The translations under genes were made by a program, and so were the position numbers. DNA of 64,000 nt from NCBI GenBank assembly GCA_026397915.1, contig JAPLTX010000020.1, positions 3,299 through 67,298 on the forward strand, written 5' to 3'. The stretch is from Verrucomicrobiota bacterium. GTDB taxonomy: Bacteria > Verrucomicrobiota > Verrucomicrobiia > CAIQCK01. Every line of letters begins with the position of its first letter. Position 1 is the stretch's first letter. Below are positions 49,344-58,419 of this stretch, piece after piece. The notes under the pieces are model-generated. The model was not told the DNA's origin and did no database searches. It saw nothing but the letters and a program-made list of their open reading frames with translations.

Positions 49344-49438
49344 TTGTAGTGTCGGCCGTCTCGGCCGACGGGACTCGTCTGCTGCGAAACAGGATTCAAA
49401 CTCTGCTGCGGCTCGGCCGAGACGGCCGATACTACACA
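49344..49438. repeat. Long inverted repeat (24-bp arms, 1 mismatch, 42-nt loop) immediately downstream of the repeat-protein gene
   Basis: TGTAGTGTCGGCCGTCTCGGCCGA … TCGGCCGAGACGGCCGATACTACA. Each arm also contains the internal palindrome CGGCCGTCTCGGCCG. Confidence 0.7.
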
Positions 49439-49523
49439 TGGCGAAGAAAAGGTGGAGCGCGACCTCCGGGCGCGCTAATCTTCGCCGACGCCAAGGCTGC
49501 GGATGAACGCGGAAGGGAAGCTT

Positions 49524-49859
49524 ATGAAAACAACCGATGAAACGAAACCCGCTAAAGATCTGTCGGACTACATGCTCAAGGTGCTGATCGGGAAGCTGGA
49601 GGAAACTCGTTCGCCGAAGTTTTGGATGCTAAGCAAGCTGCCCGGCTATGCTTGGAGTCTGTTGTTGATTCTGCCCTTTATGATCTTCGGCGTCATTTCG
49701 GGGCCGTTGGCTACCATTCCGCTCGTCGTCATCGCCGCCATCGCACTCACTGATTTCGACAATTACCGCATCGCAGACCGGCAGTTGGAACTCATTGTCC
49801 AATTGATGGAGGAGATGCGGAAGGCCAGGAATAATCCGGCCGCCGAACGCAAGATGTAG
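49524..49859 (+). CDS. Small membrane protein (hypothetical)
   Basis: Two predicted TM helices (WSLLLILPFMIFGVISGPLATIPLVVIAAIAL), 111-118 aa depending on start. Confidence 0.45.
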   Translation: MKTTDETKPAKDLSDYMLKVLIGKLEETRSPKFWMLSKLPGYAWSLLLILPFMIFGVISGPLATIPLVVIAAIALTDFDNYRIADRQLELIVQLMEEMRKARNNPAAERKM

Positions 49860-49950
49860 GCTGCGTCTTCGACGCGGCGGAATGATCTGTTTTCAAATCG
49901 AATATTGCAACCGATGAAGCTGGTGGTTAACACTTCGCGCAGGACACACC

Positions 49951-50835
49951 ATGAACACTCGCCTTGTCAGGTTTCGGATACTCCTCGCCTGTTTGCTGAT
50001 TGAAATGTCGCCCGCCTTCTCGCCCGGTGCTGAAGAGCCATTAACGCCTGCGGCGGCGGTTCAGTTCAAGACCAGTTGGGCTGTATCGGCAAAGCGCAGA
50101 TATGATCAAACCAATAGTCTCGCGTCTCAACAATACCTGCGCGAACTGGATGCGGCTCTTAAGGTGGCGATGCAGTCCGGCCTTCTCGAAGACGCCAATG
50201 CTCTGAATGCGATTCGGAGGCAAGTCATGGCAGGTGAGCCGCTAGATGGCCATGTCACCATGCCCGCCGCACGCACAGCCACTACCCGCTATCTGCAAAG
50301 CCTCGCCGGCAGCAAGCAGCAATACGTGCGCGATTTGACGACGGCGCTGAAATGGGCAATGGCCAGCGCCAATATTGATGAAGCAAATGCAATCAATGTG
50401 ACGAAGAAACAAGTGGAAGAAGAACTGAAGGATGCCGAGCTTTCCGGCAAGGGTGATTCCGGCTTGTTGCTGACAATTGACCGCGAAAAGCAAATATGGA
50501 AGAACACCAAGGTCAGTGTTCCGAGTAAGGAAACACCCGTTAGCTTCAGCGGGTATCTGATCCTTCCCTCGAATGTGAAATCACTGAAGCTGCGCACAGC
50601 GGCAGCCTACGGCAGCGAACGGTTTCGGTTTACCATTAACGGACACACACTCGAATTTGAATCTGAGAAACTTCATCGTTTCGTCACGCTGAAACTCCCC
50701 GCCGGGGCGCAGCAGCTCCGACTTGAAATTGGAAAGTCTATTGGAGTCCACGAAGGGGAGTGGGGGCCGCTACAGTGGTCCGTTAATGGCGGCCAATGGA
50801 AAGACGTGCCAACTAACAGCCTCATATCCAGGTGA
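49951..50835 (+). CDS. Secreted hypothetical protein with an internal ~45-aa duplication
   Basis: Signal peptide LACLLIEMSPAFSPGAEEP. Repeated blocks are YLRELDAALKVAMQSGLLEDANALNAIRRQV and YVRDLTTALKWAMASANIDEANAINVTKKQV. GC is ~52%. Confidence 0.55.
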   Translation: MNTRLVRFRILLACLLIEMSPAFSPGAEEPLTPAAAVQFKTSWAVSAKRRYDQTNSLASQQYLRELDAALKVAMQSGLLEDANALNAIRRQVMAGEPLDGHVTMPAARTATTRYLQSLAGSKQQYVRDLTTALKWAMASANIDEANAINVTKKQVEEELKDAELSGKGDSGLLLTIDREKQIWKNTKVSVPSKETPVSFSGYLILPSNVKSLKLRTAAAYGSERFRFTINGHTLEFESEKLHRFVTLKLPAGAQQLRLEIGKSIGVHEGEWGPLQWSVNGGQWKDVPTNSLISR

Positions 50836-50879
50836 CTTGTTATCTCCGTCATGCGCTTGGGAAAAACATCTGATCTGAA

Positions 50880-51101
50880 ATGACTGACGTTCTATTGATT
50901 TTTGCCCGATGGTTTCTGTGGGTCATTGTTGCCACGCTGTTCTGGGTGGTGATGTTCCCGGTGGTGTGGATTGTTTCAGTTCCCTTTATTCTGGTCATAG
51001 CCTTGTTCAGGGAAAGACCGTATTGGCGAGCCGTGGTGGAGATGTTGGCAACCGTGCATGGTTTCTGGAGCGATTGCTTTCATTGGTTTTCTTGGCCGTG
51101 A
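50880..51101 (+). CDS. Small 2-TM membrane protein (hypothetical)
   Basis: 73 aa, two strongly hydrophobic helices. It is preferred over the overlapping N-terminal extension of the next ORF, which lacks protein-like character. Confidence 0.4.
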   Translation: MTDVLLIFARWFLWVIVATLFWVVMFPVVWIVSVPFILVIALFRERPYWRAVVEMLATVHGFWSDCFHWFSWP

Positions 51102-51142
51102 CCGCGCTTGACAAGCACAGCGGCGGTCGTTACAAGGCGGCC

Positions 51143-52045
51143 ATGAAAGCGCCCTTTCTCCGAGCAGGGACAGCGCTCTTCTGCGTTGTCACATTGGCAG
51201 CCGGTCAATTCCGTCCCACGCCTCCCCGAACGCCTGCGGCTCCGCCGGCACCGGCGCCCGGCGCAGGCGCGGCGTTTGCCGAGAAGTCCTGGGACCAACT
51301 CAGCGACAAGACGTTGGCGGATTGGGGCAAGCAGGCGATGGCCGGCGCGAAATGGCGGCACGGCGAAAGCGAGCACATGGTCATCCATTACCAGAAGCTG
51401 GCCGAAGCGCAGCGGGCTGCGCGCGAGGCGGAGGCGTATTACGACTACATCACGAAGGACTTGGGGCTGACGAAGGATTACCGCACGGGCAAGAGCCACC
51501 TGTTCATCTTCGCGAAAGGCAATGATTGGTCCACCTTTTGCGCGGAGATTGGCAAGGGACGAATCTTTTGCACCTCCAAAGGCAGCGAGATGTTCATCGA
51601 AGCGCCCGCCAACAACGCGACCTTCAGCCAGCACCTGGCCTTTCCCGTGACTTCCTGCGTGTTGTATCGCTTTTTTCCCAAGCGGGTGCCGCTTTGGGTC
51701 TACCAGGGGGTCTCGTATTTTGAGGAAGGCAACGCCTACAAGAAAAACAAAGGCATCGCCGGCGGCGAGCGCGGTAGCGAACGTCGCGGCACCGCCACGT
51801 ATTCGCTCGTTGATCTGCTGAACGTCACCAAATGGCCGACTGATCCGAGCGAGCGGCGCGAGTATGACCGGACCTGCGAGAAGCTGGTGCGTTTTTTGTT
51901 GACGCAGCTGGACCGGCGACAGTTTGCGCCACTGGTGTTGAAGCTGGGTGACGGCGTGACCTTTCAACAGGCAGTGGTGGAGGTTTACCCGGACAAGTTT
52001 AAGACCTACAAAGAGTTCCAAACGGCCTACAATTCTCTTCAATAG
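51143..52045 (+). CDS. Secreted hypothetical protein
   Basis: Signal peptide MKAPFLRAGTALFCVVTLAAG followed by a Pro-rich linker; 300 aa. The start is chosen at the Met preceding the signal peptide. Confidence 0.55.
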   Translation: MKAPFLRAGTALFCVVTLAAGQFRPTPPRTPAAPPAPAPGAGAAFAEKSWDQLSDKTLADWGKQAMAGAKWRHGESEHMVIHYQKLAEAQRAAREAEAYYDYITKDLGLTKDYRTGKSHLFIFAKGNDWSTFCAEIGKGRIFCTSKGSEMFIEAPANNATFSQHLAFPVTSCVLYRFFPKRVPLWVYQGVSYFEEGNAYKKNKGIAGGERGSERRGTATYSLVDLLNVTKWPTDPSERREYDRTCEKLVRFLLTQLDRRQFAPLVLKLGDGVTFQQAVVEVYPDKFKTYKEFQTAYNSLQ

Positions 52046-52215
52046 CGCTGTCGGGGCCGCGCGCCAGCCTTCGCCGACGACAACGGTCGTAGATGGGAGT
52101 AATCCGTGTGCCGAAGCAGTTTGAGGAAAGAGCGAGGCAACTGCTCTCGTCGCTCCCATTTCAAAGCCTGTGACGTGGCGGCACATTCCAAGCTGTTTTT
52201 TAGCGGAAACAATCG

Positions 52216-52244
52216 TTGATTTGCGGCGGGAGCCTACCTATAGT
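52216..52244 (+). promoter_or_regulatory. Candidate sigma-70 promoter upstream of hisG (TTGATT-17 nt-TATAGT)
   Basis: Good -35/-10 hexamers with a 17-nt spacer. The predicted TSS lies only ~6 nt from the candidate GTG start, so the mRNA may be leaderless. Confidence 0.3.
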
Positions 52245-52256
52245 TCGCCGCTCATT

Positions 52257-53156
52257 GTGAAGGAAACGAAGAATTATACACCGAAGGTGCTGCGACTGGG
52301 GCTGCCGAAGGGCAGTCTGCAGGAGTCGGCTTTTGCCTTGATGGCGAAGGCGGGCTTTGTGGTCAACGTCAGCAGCCGCTCGTATGTGCCGCGAATCAAC
52401 GATGCCGAGATGGAGATCCGCCTCATCCGCGCGCAGGAAATCAGCCGTTACGTGGAGCTGGGGTCGCTCGACGCCGGGCTGACGGGCAAGGACTGGATCG
52501 AGGAGAACGCCAGCGATGTGCATGCGGTGGCGGAGATCGCGTTCTCGAAGCAGACGTTGATGCCGGCGCGCTGGGTGCTGGCGGTGCCGAATGATTCGCC
52601 GATCAAGAGCGCAAAGGATTTGCAGGGCAAGCGGATCGCGACAGAGGTGGTGAACCTCACGCGCCGCTGGCTGAAGAAGCACGGCGTGGAGGCGGATGTG
52701 GAGTTTTCCTGGGGCGCGACCGAGGTGAAGGCCGCGGACCGGCTGGTGGACGCGATAGTGGAGTTGACGGAGACCGGTTCGTCGCTGAAGGCGAACAATC
52801 TTCGCATCGTGGACACGCTGACGACCTCCTATCCGCAGCTCATCGCCAACCGCAAGGCGTGGGCGGACGATTGGAAGCGCCGCAAGATCGAGGTGCTGGT
52901 GATGCTCCTCAAGGGCGCGCTGGCGGCGCAGGAGAAGGTCGGCCTGAAGATGAACATCCAGCGCAAGCAGTTGCCGAAGTTGCTGAAAGAGCTGCCCGCG
53001 CTGCGCAACCCGACGGTCAGCACGTTGAGCCAGCGCGGCTGGGTGGCCGTCGAGACGGTCATTGACGAGTGCATCGTGCGGGAGATCATTCCGCAGCTCA
53101 AAGCGGTCGGCGCCGAGGGCATCATCGAGTATCCGCTGAACAAAGTGGTGGCGTAA
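52257..53156 (+). CDS. hisG: ATP phosphoribosyltransferase, long form (with C-terminal regulatory domain)
   Basis: [11 protein letters not shown]-terminus, DLVSTG-type motif ([14 protein letters not shown]) and the C-terminal regulatory domain. The start is uncertain (GTG 52257 vs ATG 52170). Confidence 0.8.
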   Translation: MKETKNYTPKVLRLGLPKGSLQESAFALMAKAGFVVNVSSRSYVPRINDAEMEIRLIRAQEISRYVELGSLDAGLTGKDWIEENASDVHAVAEIAFSKQTLMPARWVLAVPNDSPIKSAKDLQGKRIATEVVNLTRRWLKKHGVEADVEFSWGATEVKAADRLVDAIVELTETGSSLKANNLRIVDTLTTSYPQLIANRKAWADDWKRRKIEVLVMLLKGALAAQEKVGLKMNIQRKQLPKLLKELPALRNPTVSTLSQRGWVAVETVIDECIVREIIPQLKAVGAEGIIEYPLNKVVA

Positions 53157-53200
53157 GCCGCATAACCCGTTTTTTCGAACACTGTCTGAAGGAATAGTCC

Positions 53201-53302
53201 ATGGGATCCATTAAGAAACGTCGCAAAGCGAAAATGAACAAGCACAAGCGACGGAAGCGTTCAAAGGCGCACCGTCACATGAAACGCACGTGGCAGAAGT
53301 AG
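53201..53302 (+). CDS. Ribosomal protein bS22 (AURKAIP1/COX24-like small basic protein), 33 aa
   Basis: MGSIKKRRKAKMNKHKRRKRSKAHRHMKRTWQK closely resembles actinobacterial/Bacteroidetes bS22 (MGSVIKKRRKRM.KKKHRKLL…). An AAGGAA Shine-Dalgarno sits 7 nt upstream. It is below the 60-aa ORF-track cutoff. Confidence 0.7.
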   Translation: MGSIKKRRKAKMNKHKRRKRSKAHRHMKRTWQK

Positions 53303-53366
53303 GCCGCGCCGGCACACGGCCGGAACGGTAGCCACGGATGCGCGCGCCGGCAGATGCCGGCGCGCA

Positions 53367-55193
53367 TTGCGGGAAAGATTGCTTGTGTTGAAGAACCGAC
53401 AAGGTTTCCGACGCGCAGCCGGCCGGCTGGCGCGAGCGGGCGTGTGTGGTTTGATGCTGGCTGGCGGCGTGTGGTGCAACGGCGCCGCGCCCACCCCGCC
53501 GGCGAAACCGAAGCAGCCGCCAGCGACGAAGACCATCAAGCGCGCCCCAAGCCGTGACAGCCTCCAACTCTCGCCCGACGCGCAGGCTCGCGCCGAGGCG
53601 ATGGCGCACTACGCCGTGGGCCAGCTCTACGAGTTGCGGCGGGAACCGGAGCGTGCCATCGCCGAATACGAGGCCGCGCTGAAGCTTGATCCGGGCCAGG
53701 TGGAACTGGCCGCCAAGATGGGCGCGGAGTATTTGCGGCGCAAGCAGAATGACAAGGCGCTCGCGGTGCTGACCAAGGCGGCGGCGGCGAATCCCAAGCG
53801 TTACGAAATCCAACTGCTGCTCGGCATCGCCTATCAGACCGTTGACAAGAAGGACAAAGCCGCCGCTGCTTACACCGCCGCCAGCAAGCTCGACCCGCTC
53901 CAGATCGGGCCGTATCAATCGCTCGTCGGGTGTTATCTCCGGAGCCAGAAGGTCGCCGATTCCATCAAAACGCTGGAGCGCGCCTTCGCCCAGAAGAGCG
54001 AGGACGCCCGCTACTGGGCGACGCTCGGCGACCTCTACGCGCTGACGATGCGCGGCCCAGACGCCGAAAAGGCCGCGAAGAACATTTACAAGACCAAACC
54101 CAAGACCGACCGCGCCGTTGAGTGCTACGAGAAAGCACAGAAGTTGGCCGCGGAGGATTTGACCGTCCCGTTTCGGCTCGCGGGCTATTACGTCATGACC
54201 GGCCGTCCCGACCAAGGCATCGCCATCTATAAGAAACTGTTGGAGAAGCGGCCCGACGCGTTGGATGTCCACGAGCGGCTCGCCTATGCCTACGCCGCAA
54301 AAAAGGAGTTCATGCAGGGCGCTGCGCAGATTGAGGAGGTGGTCAAACGCCAGCCGTTGAACTGGCAGGTCTATCGGCTGCTCGGAAGTTTCTACGAAGA
54401 CAGCAAGATGCTCGACCGCGCCCAGTCAAATTACGAGCAGGCGCTGATCCTGAATCCGAAGGAACTTGAGCTTTACCTGCGCGTGGCCCGGCTACAGGTG
54501 GCGCAGAAGCACCCCAAGGAAGCGCTCCAGACTTTGCAGCGCGCCAAAGATCGTTTCCCCGTCAGCGCACGCGTGCCTTACTTCCACGGGCTGATCTACA
54601 GCAACATGAAGGATTACCCGAAGGCCGTGGAGGCGTTTGCGCAAGCGGAGGCGATGGCCAAGGCACGCAAAGAAGACAAGGAGCTGATGGACAGTGCCTT
54701 CTATTTTTATTATGGCGCCGCCACCGAACGCGCCGGGAAATTTGACCTCGCCACCGGCCTTTTCCGCCAATCCATCAAGCTGAATCCGGAGAATGACGAA
54801 GCCTGCAACTATCTCGGTTACATGTTCGCCGATAAGAACATCAACCTGAAGGAAGCCGAGGACCTGGTCAAACGCGCGCTGAAGATGCAGCCGAAGAGCG
54901 GCGCGTTCCTCGACAGCCTCGGTTGGGTTTATTACCGCAAGGGCGATTACCGCAAGGCACTTGAATGCGTTGGCGAAGCAGCCAAGAGTGACGCGGCCAA
55001 GGAAGACGCCACCGTCTTCGATCATCTCGCCGACATCTACCTCAAGCTTGGCAAGAAGGACCTCGCCCGCGAGCAACTCCGCAAAGGGCTTGAGGTCGAG
55101 CCGAAGAACAAATCGGTCGCTGAAAAACTGAAGGCGCTTGGCGATACTCCGCAAAAGAAACCCGTGCCCTCCGCCGCTCCGCGCAAGCCGTGA
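53367..55193 (+). CDS. Secreted tetratricopeptide-repeat (TPR) protein
   Basis: N-terminal hydrophobic signal/anchor, then >10 TPR-like units (…AIAEYEAALKLDP…, …NYEQALILNP…, …ALKMQPKSG…). Confidence 0.75.
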   Translation: MRERLLVLKNRQGFRRAAGRLARAGVCGLMLAGGVWCNGAAPTPPAKPKQPPATKTIKRAPSRDSLQLSPDAQARAEAMAHYAVGQLYELRREPERAIAEYEAALKLDPGQVELAAKMGAEYLRRKQNDKALAVLTKAAAANPKRYEIQLLLGIAYQTVDKKDKAAAAYTAASKLDPLQIGPYQSLVGCYLRSQKVADSIKTLERAFAQKSEDARYWATLGDLYALTMRGPDAEKAAKNIYKTKPKTDRAVECYEKAQKLAAEDLTVPFRLAGYYVMTGRPDQGIAIYKKLLEKRPDALDVHERLAYAYAAKKEFMQGAAQIEEVVKRQPLNWQVYRLLGSFYEDSKMLDRAQSNYEQALILNPKELELYLRVARLQVAQKHPKEALQTLQRAKDRFPVSARVPYFHGLIYSNMKDYPKAVEAFAQAEAMAKARKEDKELMDSAFYFYYGAATERAGKFDLATGLFRQSIKLNPENDEACNYLGYMFADKNINLKEAEDLVKRALKMQPKSGAFLDSLGWVYYRKGDYRKALECVGEAAKSDAAKEDATVFDHLADIYLKLGKKDLAREQLRKGLEVEPKNKSVAEKLKALGDTPQKKPVPSAAPRKP

Positions 55194-55264
55194 CCGTTGG
55201 AAAAGCGAACGGCGCGCCGACTGCCGTCAACGCGCCGTTGCGCCACATCTTTTTGGAAATTCGG

Positions 55265-56227
55265 TCACTCGATCTTGATAACGTCCTTGCCGGTGAAGCC
55301 CGTGCCGGCCACGGGCTTGGCGACTGAAAACTTGTCCGACACCTCCACCACCTCGATCTGACCGTATTTCGTGGTCTTACCGCCCAAGTTCAAGCCAGTC
55401 TCCGGATCAATCAGCGCCTCACCTGGATGATAGCAGGCGAACCGGTCGCCCGGCCTCACGCCAAAGTTCGCGCCGGCGTTGATGAAAATCTTGTCGGCGT
55501 CAGCTTTCACGATCCGGCCCTGCCACGGCACCTGTTCCAGCCGCGAGGAAATTGCCGCCACCGCCTGATTGAGTGCGTCAACCACCGCGTCGCCCAGCGG
55601 CGTCTTTTGCAGACCGCCCATGCCGCCGCGGAAGTCGCCGGAGGCAAAGCCAAACGACATTCCCGACTTGCGGGCGATGCCTTTGATCTGCTGTGAATCG
55701 AGGACCTGGCCGCTGGTGGTGTCAATGATCCGCAGCGCGATCAAGACCTCCGCCTTGCCGCCGCTGGCACCGATATTGAATCCCTTGAAACCGAACGCCG
55801 CGCCACCATCGGATGTGCGCGTGTCCACACTCAGGATGCTGCCGGTGATCTGGATTTGCGCCGTCAGCAGTTGACCGATCTTCGGTGCGTTGGCCGTCTC
55901 CACCGTGCGCCCGCTTTGCGCGAAGTCCTGCTCCTTCATCACGGTCTGGATTTCTGCGCGCTCCACGACGATGAACCGGCCGCACTTGATCAGCGCGTCG
56001 GCCAGCGAGTCGGCGAAGCCGGTGCCGAGTTCGACCTGGCCCTGCCAGTTGGACTTGTTGTCGAAGTGCGTGACGGCGATCCGTTTCTTCAGCATCGGCC
56101 CAGCCATCTGCGGCCCGACGGGAATCGCGCGGACGACTTGCGGTTCTTGGGCGTGGACCAACACCGCCGCAACTATCAGGCTCGCTACAATGGTCAAAGT
56201 TCTCATAACGATTCGTTTCCTTCCCAC
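55265..56227 (-). CDS. CsgG/HfaB-family lipoprotein (curli-type secretion channel component-like)
   Basis: Signal peptide then …VMKEQDFAQSGR… and …IALRIIDTTSGQVL… motifs characteristic of CsgG-family proteins; 313-320 aa. Confidence 0.65.
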   Translation of the reverse strand: MGRKRIVMRTLTIVASLIVAAVLVHAQEPQVVRAIPVGPQMAGPMLKKRIAVTHFDNKSNWQGQVELGTGFADSLADALIKCGRFIVVERAEIQTVMKEQDFAQSGRTVETANAPKIGQLLTAQIQITGSILSVDTRTSDGGAAFGFKGFNIGASGGKAEVLIALRIIDTTSGQVLDSQQIKGIARKSGMSFGFASGDFRGGMGGLQKTPLGDAVVDALNQAVAAISSRLEQVPWQGRIVKADADKIFINAGANFGVRPGDRFACYHPGEALIDPETGLNLGGKTTKYGQIEVVEVSDKFSVAKPVAGTGFTGKDVIKIE

Positions 56228-56288
56228 AAAATGATGCTTCTTCAGACGCGCCAGACTGTAGTTTCTTCAAAACCTTCTGGCAACCAAA

Positions 56289-56621
56289 TCATTGTCCCGA
56301 CAGGCTGTCGTCAATCCATTGCAGGTAGTCCGCTTGCCCGGCGACCAGCGGCAGTGCGATGATTTCCGGCACCTGGTAACTGTGAAGCTCCTTTACCGCT
56401 CGCTCCACGGCGCGGAAACGGTTGCGGCGTGTCTTCATCACCAGCAGCCACTCGCGCGCGTGGTCAATCTTCCCTTTCCACCAGTAGTGCGATTCCACGC
56501 CGGGCACGATGTTGGCGCAGGCCACCAGCCGCTGCTCCAGCAGCGCCCGCGCGATCCGGCGCGCTTCCGGCCGCGAGCCGGCGGTGACAAAGACCACACA
56601 GTAAGCATTGGCAGCACTCAT
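56289..56621 (-). CDS. cutA: Divalent-cation tolerance protein CutA
   Basis: …HSYQVPEIIALPLVAGQADYLQWI… C-terminal CutA1 signature; its start overlaps the stop of the upstream HAD gene (ATGA). Confidence 0.8.
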   Translation of the reverse strand: MSAANAYCVVFVTAGSRPEARRIARALLEQRLVACANIVPGVESHYWWKGKIDHAREWLLVMKTRRNRFRAVERAVKELHSYQVPEIIALPLVAGQADYLQWIDDSLSGQ

Positions 56622-57193
56622 GGAATCCTTTCGATCACGGCCGGTAATTCGCTGAGGTCGTGGATGACGAAATCCGCCTCGTGCGCCCACTCCGGCACCT
56701 TGTCATTGATGAGCAACACGGCGCGCGCGCCAGCGTTGTGGGCGCAACGCAGGTCATAGACGTAATCGCCGACCGCCAGCACCTCCGCCGGCGGGAGGTT
56801 CCATCGCCGCGCCAAAGCCAGCACCGGTTCCGGCGACGGTTTGTGCGGCCCGTCTTCGCGCGTCAGCGTGGCGTCAAAGCGCAGGCTGAACTTTGCCAGC
56901 ACCGTCTCGACCGACTTGCGCGAGTTGCGTGTCAGCAGGCCGAGCTTGATGCCGCGCGCCCGGAGCAAGTCGAGCAACTCCGCTGCGCCGGGCTGCAACG
57001 TGGCGTTCACGGCGGCGTCTTCCTCGATACGGTGCAGAATGCTCTCCAGCCGCCGCCGCTCGGCGTCATCCACGGACTTCAGGTGGTCCACGATGTCGCC
57101 CACCATCACACCCAGCTCGCGCCGCAGCGATTGGAAGTCAATGTGCGGTTCCGTCAGCGTGCCGTCCATGTCGAAGATGATGCCGCGAATCAT
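56618..57193 (-). CDS. HAD-superfamily hydrolase (phosphoglycolate-phosphatase-like)
   Basis: Motif I FDMDGTL at the N-terminus, and motifs III/IV (K…GDYVYD). Confidence 0.82.
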   Translation of the reverse strand: MIRGIIFDMDGTLTEPHIDFQSLRRELGVMVGDIVDHLKSVDDAERRRLESILHRIEEDAAVNATLQPGAAELLDLLRARGIKLGLLTRNSRKSVETVLAKFSLRFDATLTREDGPHKPSPEPVLALARRWNLPPAEVLAVGDYVYDLRCAHNAGARAVLLINDKVPEWAHEADFVIHDLSELPAVIERIP

Positions 57194-58293
57194 GTGAGTT
57201 GGGAGTTGGAAGCTTCGGCCAGTTTGGTTTGGGCAATCCAGCCGCCGCCGAGCATCAGGTCGCCGTCGTAAAACACCGCCGCTTGCCCCGGCGTTACGGC
57301 GCGTTCCGGCTCGGCAAACCGCACGCGAACGCGCGCGCCGGCGTCGAACGGCTCAAGGGTCGCGGCGGAGCCTTTGTGCTGGCTGCGAATCTTGACGCTC
57401 GCCTCGCGTGGCCGATCCGGCGCGGCGATGGAAACCCAGTTGCAGCGCTCGACGAGGCACTCTGCGCTCGCCAGCGCAGTGCCGTCGCCGACGATGACGC
57501 GGTTGTTCGGCGCGTCGAGCGCGATGACATACAGCGGCCGGCCGGTAGCGACGCCCAGCCCGCGCCGCTGGCCGACAGTGAAAAACTCGATGCCCGGATG
57601 CTGCCCGATCACTTGGCCAGTGGTATCCACAATGTCGCCCGTGTGCTCCGCCACACCTGCGGCGCGCAAAAAGCGCCGGTAATCGTCGGCGACGAAACAG
57701 ATTTCCTGGCTTTCCTCTTTCGTCGCGACCTTCAGGCCGAGTTGTGCGGCGATGGCGCGTGTCTCCGGTTTTGTCACGTCGCCCATCGGGAACAGCGCGT
57801 GCATCAGTTGTTGCTGGCTGAGCGAGAAGAGAAAATAGGACTGGTCCTTCTTTTCATCGCGCCCCTTGCGAACGCGCATCCGGTCGCCGCGTTCAAGGAT
57901 GGCGTAATGGCCGGTGGCGACGCACTCGGCACCAAGCGAGCGGGCCTTGTCGAGCAGTGTGCCGAACTTCAGCCCCTCGTTGCAGAGCACGCACGGGTTC
58001 GGCGTGCGGCCGGCGCGATACTCGGCCACGAAGTAATCGATCACCTGTTTTTGGAACTGCGTCTGCTCGTCCACGACATAGTGGGGGATGCCGAGCTGCT
58101 GCGCCACCGCCCGCGCATCCGCCACGGCCTGCGGGCCGCAGCATTTTTCCTCGACACGGTTCTGGCACGCCTCCGGCCAGAGCTTCATCGTGATGCCGAT
58201 GACCTCATAGCCCTGCTGGAGCAGGCGGCTGGCAACAACGCTGGAGTCCACGCCGCCGCTCATGCCAACAACCACGCGGATCTTTTTGTTCAT
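57190..58293 (-). CDS. mnmA: tRNA-specific 2-thiouridylase MnmA
   Basis: PP-loop VVGMSGGVDSSV, then CNEGLKFG… and the C-terminal domain; 367 aa. Confidence 0.9.
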   Translation of the reverse strand: MNKKIRVVVGMSGGVDSSVVASRLLQQGYEVIGITMKLWPEACQNRVEEKCCGPQAVADARAVAQQLGIPHYVVDEQTQFQKQVIDYFVAEYRAGRTPNPCVLCNEGLKFGTLLDKARSLGAECVATGHYAILERGDRMRVRKGRDEKKDQSYFLFSLSQQQLMHALFPMGDVTKPETRAIAAQLGLKVATKEESQEICFVADDYRRFLRAAGVAEHTGDIVDTTGQVIGQHPGIEFFTVGQRRGLGVATGRPLYVIALDAPNNRVIVGDGTALASAECLVERCNWVSIAAPDRPREASVKIRSQHKGSAATLEPFDAGARVRVRFAEPERAVTPGQAAVFYDGDLMLGGGWIAQTKLAEASNSQLT

Positions 58294-58419
58294 TCAGAGT
58301 CCCGGCCCGGCAACGCGCCGAAGCCAGTTTCGGTCGCCCACTCTAACGCCGCCCGCCGTGCTGTAAAGTGAGGAAAAACGCTTGACCGTGTTTCGCGCGC
58401 CCGTGAGAGTCGCAGATTA

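Noticed and set aside
50909-51142. N-terminal extension of the 51143 secreted-protein ORF
   Set aside because: The extension overlaps a convincing 2-TM small membrane protein ORF (50880..51101) in another frame and precedes the signal peptide.
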